A stretch of 42,464 nucleotides of DNA. It comes from a virus (taxonomy: Duplodnaviria > Caudoviricetes). The translations under genes were made by a program, and so were the position numbers. The notes beneath the pieces were generated by a model, which was not told the origin of the DNA, did no database searches, and saw only the letters and a program-made list of their open reading frames with translations. Below, piece by piece: positions 1 to 9,247 of the stretch; position 1 is the first letter of the stretch; the number at the start of each line of letters is the position of its first letter. The stretch covers positions 1 to 42,464 of the IMG/VR virus record IMGVR_UViG_3300032257_000034. One strand, written 5' to 3'.

Positions 1-201
1 TACCGGTTTGATTGGAGCAGGTTCATCGTGCGCTTGGTCGACTGGAGCATGCTCAACAATGGCGGGATCAACTCTATGTTCTGCCTCGTCTGGAATTGAG
101 GTATGTGTTTCAGAGCTCGTATCGACTTTATTGGGTTGATCTGTTTCTGCTGAAGCACCTATAACAGTTAAGACATCACCGGGTTTTAGTATTATTTTCA
201 T
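1..201 (-). CDS. Partial ORF running off the left edge (MKIILKPGDVLTVIG...PAPIKPV), with a Pro/acidic linker-like N-terminal part
   Basis: Translated by hand: ATG at 201 with GAGG upstream and 67 open codons to position 1. Not in the ORF track. Confidence 0.65.
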   Translation of the reverse strand, partial: MKIILKPGDVLTVIGASAETDQPNKVDTSSETHTSIPDEAEHRVDPAIVEHAPVDQAHDEPAPIKPV

Positions 202-361
202 GTGGAACCTCGTTAGGTTTAACTAAGCATTAATAAATTTATTTACTTTTACAAAAATTGTTTGTTTTTACTTATAATCAAGTTTATTTCTAGCTATGGC
301 TTCTTTAAGTAATTGCTTCAGCACCAACTTTTAATCTTAGCAGGCAAATATCTATTCAATA

Positions 362-745
362 TTATATAGGTGCGGCATAACTTAAGGATGTCATTGCGAC
401 AGAATCTGTTGCTGCAATAACTACGGATGATAATTCGATGTCACCACCACCGCCGGTTGCTGTAACTGAGCCTTGAAGTATTTCTGCATTATCTCGATCT
501 TGAAGTTTAAACTTTGCAATAGTACCGCCCGCTGCGCTTGGGTCGTCTGCAATGGCTGCGGCTGTTGCTACGCCTATTGCCGCTGAACCAAATGCTGGGT
601 TGCTCATATTTAAAAGTGCAACGTTTACGTCCCCTACGGTCATAAAAACTAAATCGCCCTGCGGGTCTGCCACACCGGCATCGACTAAGTCAACGCAAGC
701 ATCTGCTACCGCATTTCGTGAGGGTGTTGTGTGTGTTAGTGCCAT
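362..745 (-). CDS. Probable virion structural protein (head decoration/fibre-base type)
   Basis: 127 aa, Ala/Gly/Thr-rich and beta-rich, of a type common in phage structural modules. Lies between MuF and capsid in the circular order. Confidence 0.55.
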   Translation of the reverse strand: MALTHTTPSRNAVADACVDLVDAGVADPQGDLVFMTVGDVNVALLNMSNPAFGSAAIGVATAAAIADDPSAAGGTIAKFKLQDRDNAEILQGSVTATGGGGDIELSSVVIAATDSVAMTSLSYAAPI

Positions 746-801
746 TTTAAAATCCTCAAATTTAATATATATTTAGTTAAGCGTCTTTATATGTAATGCG
801 C

Positions 802-987
802 TTATTCAACCAAGCCGTCTTTACGCCATTGCTCAACAAGAGCCGCTAACTTATCGTTACCTTCCCTAATGTTGTAAGACATGCCCTTGATGTAATCGCT
901 AGCAAATTCTTCTGAATGAAAGTTTTTGGTTGGAGTAAAGGTGGCTATTACTTTGCCGCCGAGTGTTTTTTGTTTAATTTTCGCCAT
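802..987 (-). CDS. Hypothetical phage protein
   Basis: 61-aa ORF with AGGT RBS, downstream of a candidate late promoter. Confidence 0.65.
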   Translation of the reverse strand: MAKIKQKTLGGKVIATFTPTKNFHSEEFASDYIKGMSYNIREGNDKLAALVEQWRKDGLVE

Positions 988-1033
988 GAGATTTACCTGT
1001 TATCTGGTTGACTGGGTTGCTGTGCTATTTTAA

Positions 1034-1067
1034 AAAATAGCAATACAACACGGACAAAAACAGGGCC
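1034..1067 (-). promoter_or_regulatory. Candidate late promoter (GGCCCT-N22-TATTTT)
   Basis: Same motif and spacing as the copies at 7577-7610 and 39960-39993. Confidence 0.55.
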
Positions 1068-1093
1068 GAGCGGGTGTTGGAGTGGGGATAGTT

Positions 1094-1276
1094 CTAATTA
1101 AGTGTAATAGGAACGGTTATCCATTCTTTGCATCGGCATAGTGCCGTGCTGTTTATAACGTTGACTGCGCGGGCGCGAATAACGGTGCCATCGAAAATAG
1201 TCCGTTTACATACGTGGCATATAACAATAGGTATTTCTGTAGCTGAAGCAGCTAATTGATTATTATTTTGCGTCAT
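1094..1276 (-). CDS. Com-like zinc-ribbon regulator
   Basis: CHVC...CRC four-Cys pattern in about 60 aa, resembling the Mu Com family. Confidence 0.55.
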   Translation of the reverse strand: MTQNNNQLAASATEIPIVICHVCKRTIFDGTVIRARAVNVINSTALCRCKEWITVPITLN

Positions 1277-1430
1277 CTTTCCACTTCAACCATTCTTTTG
1301 CTTGTTCAATAGCTTCAACAACGTTGTCGGTTGATTCTCTATTTTTTAATTCGGTTATCCAGGTGTTTATTTCCTCTACGCTTGAGTGAGGTGAAACAGG
1401 TGGATCTATAATTGTAAAATCTGTTGTCAT
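1263..1430 (-). CDS. Small acidic protein (55 aa, MTTDFTIIDPPVSPHSSVEEINTWITELK...), putative partner/immunity protein of MuF-JAB
   Basis: Translated by hand. ATG overlaps the MuF stop (ATGA), GAGGT RBS upstream, and the ORF fills the gap exactly. Below the ORF-track cutoff. Confidence 0.65.
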   Translation of the reverse strand: MTTDFTIIDPPVSPHSSVEEINTWITELKNRESTDNVVEAIEQAKEWLKWKDDAK

Positions 1431-3157
1431 CTTAATACCTCGTTTATAACATCGGTAGAGCCTGCTTCAATTAAATCGTCAATAATAGTACTGTCAATAT
1501 TAGCTAACACGTCGGACAACTCACCTGAAATATTCGTTACTGAGTATTGAATGATGTCTGATTTATTTAAAATAGAGTTAATCACATGACTATGCAAGGC
1601 TTGAGCCTGATTAATTGTAATTGTTTTATTATTAACAAGATTATTTAATTTTCTAAACACATGTCTATCAGCCCATTTGTGCGCGTCGGTTATGATGGCA
1701 GCATTCACTAACGACTTTGCTCTGTAAATTGTTCCGCTATGGCCAACGGCAACAACGGTTTCAACCCCTTTTAGCGAACCGATACGAAGATCGGGTAATG
1801 ATAAGCTACTGCTACCAGGATGATTATGCACTAATTCCAGCCTATTTTTTATGTTATCTAAAACGGCGAGCTCATATCGGTCAATGGAGACTGAGTTTAC
1901 ACTGCGCGAGGTTTTGCGAATAAATTGGGCGCGGCTGGCAGTATCAAATACCACCATGTGTTCCCAACCTGTTTTCTCGCCTTTAGCGACAACATATTCG
2001 TAAGCCTCTAGCCTAATTTCCTCAAGCGGCCCATCTCTAAAATTGGCGGTTGGTTTTGGATACATATCGCTAACATCGATGCCGCGTTTTACATATTTTT
2101 TCTTCAGTACATTCCACGGTGTTGCAATTTCACCTTCGCGCAATATGCCTTTTTGCAATGCGGCACGTTTAGCGCGTGAGTTCAGCACGCCATACTGAAC
2201 ATTACCTGGTTGTTTATTTAACCAGGCAATTCGATCTTCTTTGTCGGCTTTGTCTTCGGCCGATATCTCATCTTTAAAAACAATTTCGGTATAGCTTAAT
2301 GTATTGGGATGCGCTGGCCATGGTGTTTTTTGTCGAGATGGATAAACGCCAGGGCCTAAGCCGTAGCGGTTAACTTTTGAATGCATGTCGCAAATGTCTG
2401 GCTCTGGATGCCTGGGCGAGAGTAGATATTTCCAGCCGGCAAAATCGGGATGGTCTTCACCGGTGGCCATATAGGCCTCGCCATGTGCGCGATTTAATTC
2501 TGTACGCATGAGGCGCAGCGCATTGGCGCGTGGGTTTCCGGTGCCTGTAAAAAGGCTATTAACTTGTTTGCTTATGTTGGACGCATTCGCCATGCCCATT
2601 TTATTTAATAAATCGGGTGTGACCTTTTCACCTCGAAGTAATAATTCATTAACGGCCTGGCTGGCACTGTGGCCCTGGATAACCGAACTTTCAATGGCTT
2701 GCTTAATGGTTGTGCTGGCGTGGTTATCTAAGCGCCATAAACGATCGGAAAGTTGCAAACCGTCTTCAGCTACAAACGAACGAGCCTGTTCAACCGCGCC
2801 AATAGCGGCTCGGGTAATAAAACCCTCTGGCATTGTTCCACTAAAAGCCTGCCCGGCAATTTGTGCGGCTTGTGACTGCCCCGTTTCTAGTAGCGTATTT
2901 CGTGCCGTAGTGAGCTGATTTAATCGGGTTTGAGTTTGGTTAAGTAATTGCTGGAGTGACTCGAGTCGAACACTGCCGGCGCTATTGGCATATTGGTAAA
3001 TGGATAATTGAATATCATTCACCGCACGGCGATACATAAGCTCAAGATCTTTTAATGATTCACGGTCGAACCGGTTCATTAAAGTACGTGCACGTGCCGA
3101 GGCACGTTTAATTGTGGCTTTAACGCTGGTTCGGGTGTTGTGGGCTAGTTTTGGCAT
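1427..3157 (-). CDS. MuF/SPP1 gp7-like head morphogenesis protein with C-terminal JAB/MPN domain
   Basis: Located after the portal. Carries LSDRLW, RLMRTE and D-I-C-D...P.HPN motifs typical of MuF-like proteins. C-terminus has E(HM)...HNHP-x4-S-x2-D. Confidence 0.8.
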   Translation of the reverse strand: MPKLAHNTRTSVKATIKRASARARTLMNRFDRESLKDLELMYRRAVNDIQLSIYQYANSAGSVRLESLQQLLNQTQTRLNQLTTARNTLLETGQSQAAQIAGQAFSGTMPEGFITRAAIGAVEQARSFVAEDGLQLSDRLWRLDNHASTTIKQAIESSVIQGHSASQAVNELLLRGEKVTPDLLNKMGMANASNISKQVNSLFTGTGNPRANALRLMRTELNRAHGEAYMATGEDHPDFAGWKYLLSPRHPEPDICDMHSKVNRYGLGPGVYPSRQKTPWPAHPNTLSYTEIVFKDEISAEDKADKEDRIAWLNKQPGNVQYGVLNSRAKRAALQKGILREGEIATPWNVLKKKYVKRGIDVSDMYPKPTANFRDGPLEEIRLEAYEYVVAKGEKTGWEHMVVFDTASRAQFIRKTSRSVNSVSIDRYELAVLDNIKNRLELVHNHPGSSSLSLPDLRIGSLKGVETVVAVGHSGTIYRAKSLVNAAIITDAHKWADRHVFRKLNNLVNNKTITINQAQALHSHVINSILNKSDIIQYSVTNISGELSDVLANIDSTIIDDLIEAGSTDVINEVLR

Positions 3158-3194
3158 TTTAATTAGTTAATAGCCGTCCTTGGCTAAATATACC

Positions 3195-3437
3195 CTACTC
3201 AGCAAGTGTTAAATCAACGTAATATTCTTGGCCCGGTTTAACATGCGACAAAGAATCATTGGTAACACTAAAGCTTAATGAGCCTGCAGGGGTTGCGTCC
3301 CAGTATTTTTTATTTTCACTAGTTTCATCGTTACTATATACAGGGCTCATATCGATTTTTGATGATTTATAATTACTTTCACTTTTTACTTCAGTAATAG
3401 TATTAACTCTAAATTTACAGCGTATTTTATTGCTCAT
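3195..3437 (-). CDS. Conserved-looking hypothetical phage protein
   Basis: 80 aa with GAGG RBS, between portal and MuF. Confidence 0.7.
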   Translation of the reverse strand: MSNKIRCKFRVNTITEVKSESNYKSSKIDMSPVYSNDETSENKKYWDATPAGSLSFSVTNDSLSHVKPGQEYYVDLTLAE

Positions 3438-3461
3438 GGTTCTTTCCTCTGTTGGTTTAAA

Positions 3462-4868
3462 TTATTTTTTTGCTGAAATTGAAGTTGCACTTTCACTCTT
3501 ACGCGCATTACTCGGTGTTACTTTCACCGTTGGCCCCGCGCTAGTTTCTTCTGGCAGTTCTTCCGCGTTTGGGTCGGGATACGGATCGTTGCCATTAACT
3601 TCTACTTTTAAGCGGTCTTTTTCTTTTGCCGGGTCAATGTTGGCGGTTTCAAAAACCGTGCCTTTGGATGCGCCCAACGCTTGTAATTTAAGCGCTCTAT
3701 CGGCCGCTTGATTTAATGTTTCTGTTTTACGCTCGGCGAAACAAACTTGAAAATCGTAGTTGTCTGGATTAATGCCGGCCAGTAATAGATCCAGGCGAAA
3801 ACCCAACTCGTAAACGTAGGCGACCTGGTCTTGAACGCTGTCGACCTCTTCGTAATATTCACGCTTAAGGTCCTCTAAAATGTCTCGACTTAAATCTTTG
3901 TTGTAACCGGCCAAGCCTTTTGGTAGTGGTGAGCCTGCAAAAAAAGTGTCGAGTAAATAAACCACGTCGTCTATTTGGCTTAAGTTTTCGTCTCCTTGTA
4001 AGGGTAAAACGCTACCTTCACCTTTTACAAAATAGTCCGTTGTTTGGTCCCATTTATCGGCGTCGATAGTATCTTTATATGTACCGAAAAATTCATCAGA
4101 TACATTTTTTAATTGATGCACTTTACGTTGAGCTGCTCGGGTCTTTCTACGGATAACCATATCTTCTTCAGTCATGTCTAGCTTTGACCAAACCTTACGC
4201 GCCGAGTCTAAATAAGGCCGACCCATTGAACCAAAGTCGTCGAAGTTAGGTGGATTTAATCGGCCAAGCGACATATTCCACAAAGGGAATTGTGCAACAA
4301 CTTTATTTGTTGCATGGTCGTATTGTTTATAACCCACGGCGGGGTCAACAAAAATACCGGCGGCGTTTACATTGGCAATGATTGTTTCGGATGGCATACG
4401 AATACCGGCGGCAACGGTTTTGTCTTGTAATAAAACCCATTGCATTGGCAGGTTGCCTTCCATTATTAAACCACGCGCATCACTTTCTAATTTTTCTCGG
4501 CGATTAAGATTTAAACGACGAACATAATTTTTAAATCGGGTTTGTATTTTTGGGCTCATTTCATTTTTAAGTAACAAGCCACTTTTAACAGCGTCTCGGG
4601 CTGTTTTGGTGTGAATTTTTTTAACCCGGGTATCGACTCGGTCCATCATGCGGATATCCATGATGATAGAACGCAATTCAAAGTCGACTGAGAACCGTTG
4701 TTGCGTATATTTAATGGCTGCTTCAGGTGTGGCTCTCGATCCGCGCTCGGTCGTTATTTCTGCAAGTGTGCCTTGAGAATAAAGTGCCTGGGCTAATGCT
4801 TTGGGTGGAATTTGCCCTAAGCCAGTAGTGTTAAATTTTGCTTGTATTTCTGCGAGTGATTTTTTCAT
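3462..4868 (-). CDS. Portal protein
   Basis: 468 aa directly after terL, with G-R-P-Y-L...A.K.W..L...E portal-type segment. Confidence 0.8.
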   Translation of the reverse strand: MKKSLAEIQAKFNTTGLGQIPPKALAQALYSQGTLAEITTERGSRATPEAAIKYTQQRFSVDFELRSIIMDIRMMDRVDTRVKKIHTKTARDAVKSGLLLKNEMSPKIQTRFKNYVRRLNLNRREKLESDARGLIMEGNLPMQWVLLQDKTVAAGIRMPSETIIANVNAAGIFVDPAVGYKQYDHATNKVVAQFPLWNMSLGRLNPPNFDDFGSMGRPYLDSARKVWSKLDMTEEDMVIRRKTRAAQRKVHQLKNVSDEFFGTYKDTIDADKWDQTTDYFVKGEGSVLPLQGDENLSQIDDVVYLLDTFFAGSPLPKGLAGYNKDLSRDILEDLKREYYEEVDSVQDQVAYVYELGFRLDLLLAGINPDNYDFQVCFAERKTETLNQAADRALKLQALGASKGTVFETANIDPAKEKDRLKVEVNGNDPYPDPNAEELPEETSAGPTVKVTPSNARKSESATSISAKK

Positions 4869-6628
4869 TGCATTGCCCTAGCGTGCGTATGATAAAAATA
4901 AAACAACCATGATAAAACTCGTGAGCGCATGTATGGGTCGCTCGGCAGTCTATTTCGAGGTTGTCCTAAGAGTTCGGTTCTATCTCGTTGCCGTGTACTT
5001 ATTACCGTTTCAATACCGGCTGAACCGCGGGTAACAAGGGCCCATAGTGCGGCCATGTAAGAGTCAAATAAATCGTCGCCCAGTTTGGGGTTAACCATTT
5101 TATAAATTGAGTAACTGGTTTTGCTGACTACGGGCGTGATGTTGATTAGTTGCTTATAAAGCAAACGTAAGTCGGCAGTTTCTGGATTGTTTTCGTCCAT
5201 GTCATCGATGTACGGTACCGCGGCATGCCCGGTGTGAAAATTATTACGCACGGCCTGTGCCATTTGGTGTTTGATCATGCCTTCAAAGCGAATAGGAGCA
5301 AAAGCCCATTCAGACCAGGTACTGGCCGTGCTTTCACCATCACCTATCGCGCGGCGGTCGATATTGGTTAATCCTTCTCTAAATAATTCTTCGTTTAGTT
5401 CGGTTAATAATCCAATACCGAATGCATCACCCATAGCTACGTCAGGCATAAAGTAACGCCAAAAACCAACTAGATCTTTTCTTACTATTTTTTCATCGGT
5501 ACCCGGTGCCCACGTATAGCAAAAAATTGGAACGGTATACGAGCCAATTTGCTCCAATATCACAAGTGCGTATTTTGAGCTCTCGGGAGTTTCACCATGC
5601 CCGGAGTGATCATAACCAAAGCTAATTAAGCCGCGTTTTTTATATTTCTCACCAGGTAAAGGTTGCACCACTTCCAAGTTGGCTTGAAGCCCGACCATCA
5701 TTGCCTGGCGTAGATATTTTTCCCATACCAAGTTACGGCCAGAGGTATTGATGCATAGTAATTGACGGGTGAATTCATCAACACTTAAATTGTCACGCAT
5801 ATTTAAAATAAAATTCTTGTTAAGCAAGCCCATTTGCATGCCGTTAATCGCATGCATTATAGGGATAGGGTATTTATAGCTTTCAAGTTCGATGCTGTCT
5901 TTATCGAGATAACCGATAGCAATGAGTTGTTTAGCTTCCTTAATGGCTCGCTCACCGTGGAATGCACCAATAATGTTATACGCACCCGAGTCGATTAATC
6001 CGGTTAAGGTATCAGCACCTTTATAAACACCTGTTATTCTAATTTGAGGGTCGTTTTTACTGTCTTTATTTGCGCCTAAGCGGTCGGTTCCACCTAACAT
6101 TAACAAAAAGTTGGCATAAAGCCGTTCTTTTGGCATGTCGTCGACTTCTTCCAAAGAGGCCATGGTTAAATCGCCACCATCCACTTGAGCCATTATGCCT
6201 TCGGCAAACGCTTTGCTTCTATTCGCAAATTGGTATTTTGTATCGGATTTTTGTTTGCGACCGTTGGTGAATTTTATATAACTGCTTAACACTGGTGAGC
6301 GGTCGATGGCTTCAAGTTGGTAATTTAAGTTGGTCATTGCCTGGGCTTGACGCGGGGCAACAATGCCCAATTCCTGATCGGCATTGCAGGCTAAATATTC
6401 GAGGTTGTAGAGTTCTTTAGCGGAGGTTTTGCGGGTACGTCGGGATGAGAAATCAATCGTATTATTAAACTGATCCATCTCTTTCATTTTTAAAACTTGA
6501 ACCGGATCCAACTCAACATTATGAATATGCTTATGCCACATGGCGTGGTCTCCGGCATAACGCATAATTTCCTGCTCGGCTAAATTAACAAGCTTAAGTC
6601 GTTGAGTTGCTGAGGTACGTTCAGCCAT
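4865..6628 (-). CDS. terL: Terminase large subunit
   Basis: Walker A-like SRRTRKT, Walker B LEEVD, and nuclease acidic residues (GYD, GDAFG, GDDLFD). Synteny fits. Confidence 0.85.
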   Translation of the reverse strand: MAERTSATQRLKLVNLAEQEIMRYAGDHAMWHKHIHNVELDPVQVLKMKEMDQFNNTIDFSSRRTRKTSAKELYNLEYLACNADQELGIVAPRQAQAMTNLNYQLEAIDRSPVLSSYIKFTNGRKQKSDTKYQFANRSKAFAEGIMAQVDGGDLTMASLEEVDDMPKERLYANFLLMLGGTDRLGANKDSKNDPQIRITGVYKGADTLTGLIDSGAYNIIGAFHGERAIKEAKQLIAIGYLDKDSIELESYKYPIPIMHAINGMQMGLLNKNFILNMRDNLSVDEFTRQLLCINTSGRNLVWEKYLRQAMMVGLQANLEVVQPLPGEKYKKRGLISFGYDHSGHGETPESSKYALVILEQIGSYTVPIFCYTWAPGTDEKIVRKDLVGFWRYFMPDVAMGDAFGIGLLTELNEELFREGLTNIDRRAIGDGESTASTWSEWAFAPIRFEGMIKHQMAQAVRNNFHTGHAAVPYIDDMDENNPETADLRLLYKQLINITPVVSKTSYSIYKMVNPKLGDDLFDSYMAALWALVTRGSAGIETVISTRQRDRTELLGQPRNRLPSDPYMRSRVLSWLFYFYHTHARAMQ

Positions 6629-7569
6629 TAATCTTTCGGCTCTACTTTGTATTCTGGATTAATTTCCTTAACCGGATGCGCTATATGGCTACCCTGAATT
6701 AAATTAAGTAGCTTATTTGAATTGTCCTCGAGTCTTTGCTGAAAACTGCCCTCGGTTTCTTGAGCTTTTTCATTCTGGCTAATAAAACCTTTCATAATGT
6801 CGTTTTCGTCTTGAACCTTCGGCGTCATGCCTAAATCGTTTAATGACATGGATAATTTATTGACGTATTCAATGAGCGGCTTCATTAAAGGGTGAGCCTG
6901 GTGATCATAAAGCTGGTGTTTAATATTATTTTCATCGGTCCATTTTGCCAAATGAAACTTCCCGTCCTTATCGTAATACCAGGTCGGGCTTTTCAGTTGC
7001 GGCCCACCGTCTGCGGCAATCGTCATAATCATCCAATCAATCATGGTATGCATCGCCGCATGGGTTTCCGCAAACATATCCATGAGTTTTTCTGGGTCTT
7101 TATGTTCAAAAGCAACTTGAAAACGGAGCATCACCTCGGCTCGTTTAAGGCAAGCTTTGTGCTCAACGCATACTTTGTCTTTGAGGTATTCACAATCATC
7201 ACATTGGGGATATCGACCGGGTTTAGCGGGGAAAAATTTAGACGTTTTGGCAAATAAGCCGTGTTTCATGGCATTTAAGCGTGTTATCTGGGCTTCCTGA
7301 GGCGTTGGGTGCCCTTCTAAGTTCTTAGCAGACTTGGCTCGACCCTCAGCCGTGCGCGGTCCAGTGGCCATAGTGTTGGCCTTAAAGATGTTTTTTTCCC
7401 ATTGGACCTGAGGCGATTCCGCGCCACATTCCGGACAAACGGCAAAATATTCGAATGGATGCCAAGGACGGTCTTCTACATCCTCAACTCGATTCGGCTC
7501 GCTTTTGAATTTATCACCACAGTTGCTGCAGTGAAAATTGATATGTGTATTGGGAGTCTTATTATCCAT
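6628..7569 (-). CDS. terS: Terminase small subunit-like protein with Zn-finger motifs
   Basis: Coupled to terL. TGPRTAEGRAKS...NAMKHG motif and several CxxC pairs. Confidence 0.65.
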   Translation of the reverse strand: MDNKTPNTHINFHCSNCGDKFKSEPNRVEDVEDRPWHPFEYFAVCPECGAESPQVQWEKNIFKANTMATGPRTAEGRAKSAKNLEGHPTPQEAQITRLNAMKHGLFAKTSKFFPAKPGRYPQCDDCEYLKDKVCVEHKACLKRAEVMLRFQVAFEHKDPEKLMDMFAETHAAMHTMIDWMIMTIAADGGPQLKSPTWYYDKDGKFHLAKWTDENNIKHQLYDHQAHPLMKPLIEYVNKLSMSLNDLGMTPKVQDENDIMKGFISQNEKAQETEGSFQQRLEDNSNKLLNLIQGSHIAHPVKEINPEYKVEPKD

Positions 7570-7576
7570 CCCCTAT

Positions 7577-7610
7577 ATAGTGGTGAAAATATAACGGCAG
7601 GATAAGGGCC
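7577..7610 (-). promoter_or_regulatory. Candidate late promoter for terS (GGCCCT-N22-CACTAT)
   Basis: Motif shared with two other intergenic regions upstream of late genes. Confidence 0.5.
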
Positions 7611-7630
7611 AATCAGGTCAGAGCGCCAAT

Positions 7631-9247
7631 TTAAGCCGCTTTGCAGAGCTTTTGCGGTAAACTAACATTAAGCTTAATGGTTCCCAGTAAGGCATGCTCG
7701 GGGAGCCACCTTTCCTCGCTATGAACCGGTCCACCGGACACTACAGCGATCAAGTGCTCTGGTTTATAGTGGATTTTCACATTATTAGCATTGATAGTAA
7801 TATTATCTATAAAGCTGGATAAAAAGCCTCTGACTTCTTTAATCCGAGCTGTATCCAACAGAAAGCCCCTGCATACATCCAATAAATCTTCTAGGTCACC
7901 GTTAATAATTGGTATTTGTGGAGGAAGCTCATTTATAGCATTGCTAATCTGCCGTTCCAATTCCTTTATGTTGGTATTGTGTTCCAGCAACCTCGGTTTT
8001 ACATCGGCTAAATTTAACTCTTGAGGATCCGAAGTCTCTAACAGTTGATATATCTTTTTCCTTTTTGTTTCAACAGCCAATAACTTGTTTTTTATAATGC
8101 TAATTTTCTTACGCTGTTCAGTCTGCCACGATCCCGATATTTTAGTTAATTCTTTGGCTATATTCAGTAAAAGTTTTTTATTGAATATATTTTTAATTAT
8201 TTGCTCAAGTAAAAAAGCATTTAATGGGTCAGTTGAAATTCTATGGCCATCACAAGTATTGTCTTTTTGTTTATTCCTACAATTATAATATCTATAACGT
8301 TTAGATCTTCCTTTGGCTGTTTCTGTTTGTAGACTTGCCGAGCATGCTCCGCATTTTAAAATGCCAGTAAATAATTGTGTGCTACACGGAGAACTTGAAT
8401 CAATTTGTGGAACAGCGGCATCCATTAAAACTTGAACACTATTCCATAGATCTTTATTTATAATAGGCTCATGACTTTCAACAATAATCCAGTCCTCTCT
8501 TTTTCTTGTTCGTTTATTTTTTCGATCATTCCGGTTAAAAACCGTGTTACCTATAACCGCTTCATTTCTAAGTAAAGCCGAAACTGTTGCCTTACTCCAG
8601 CGCCGTCCGCGGTTAGATACCCCTTCGTTATTTAATGCGTCCGCGATTAATTTTGCTCCCAACCCCTGGACTCTTAACTCAAATATTTTTTTTACTATCG
8701 GCGCTTCCTGCATATCCTTTTGTAATCTTTTTCTATTACAGTCTTCAATACATTCAACAGCTTTAAAACCAAAAGCAGTTCGACCTCCATTAAAATAACC
8801 CTGAGTAGCGTTCTTTATCATGCTGCGTTTAGTATCTGCAGACGTTTTTCTACTTTTTAATTCATCCGTTAGTTGATACACAGTTTCAAGAATAAAACCG
8901 CCATCCGTTTCTGGGTCAATGTCAACCGTCAAATATTCAATTTTTGTTCCAGCACTTCGCAATCGATATCGACTCATCGGTCCATTAACATGGTCTCGAC
9001 TAAACCGAGCAGTATCCCATGTAATAAAAAAATCTATTTCGTTTACTTCACAATATGTTATTGCGTCTTCAAATTCAGGTCGATGGCCATACCAAGCTGA
9101 CTTACCTTCTTCGATAAAAACTTTCGCAACGTTTAATTCAAGTTTATCAGCATGAGCCTCGCAAGCTTCAACTTGACCAGGTATAGACAAGTTTTTTTCA
9201 ACTTGTTTTTTATCGCTCACTCGAACATAAATAATGGCTGTTTTCAT
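7631..9247 (-). CDS. Large serine recombinase (integrase)
   Basis: YVRVS catalytic motif, RPEF and DTARFSR motifs, recombinase domain, CGAC...YYNC...C Zn ribbon and coiled coil. Confidence 0.95.
   Translation of the reverse strand: MKTAIIYVRVSDKKQVEKNLSIPGQVEACEAHADKLELNVAKVFIEEGKSAWYGHRPEFEDAITYCEVNEIDFFITWDTARFSRDHVNGPMSRYRLRSAGTKIEYLTVDIDPETDGGFILETVYQLTDELKSRKTSADTKRSMIKNATQGYFNGGRTAFGFKAVECIEDCNRKRLQKDMQEAPIVKKIFELRVQGLGAKLIADALNNEGVSNRGRRWSKATVSALLRNEAVIGNTVFNRNDRKNKRTRKREDWIIVESHEPIINKDLWNSVQVLMDAAVPQIDSSSPCSTQLFTGILKCGACSASLQTETAKGRSKRYRYYNCRNKQKDNTCDGHRISTDPLNAFLLEQIIKNIFNKKLLLNIAKELTKISGSWQTEQRKKISIIKNKLLAVETKRKKIYQLLETSDPQELNLADVKPRLLEHNTNIKELERQISNAINELPPQIPIINGDLEDLLDVCRGFLLDTARIKEVRGFLSSFIDNITINANNVKIHYKPEHLIAVVSGGPVHSEERWLPEHALLGTIKLNVSLPQKLCKAA
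7679..7727. other. Candidate attP inside the LSR 3' end
   Basis: 49-bp imperfect inverted repeat (GGTTC...GAACC; 14 of 24 arm positions match) centred on TCGGGGAGCCA (7698-7708), which resembles a tRNA-Asn 3' end. Confidence 0.55.

Noticed and set aside
7679-7710. tRNA gene
   Set aside because: Only an acceptor-end-like 11-mer is present, with no D, anticodon or proper T arm.
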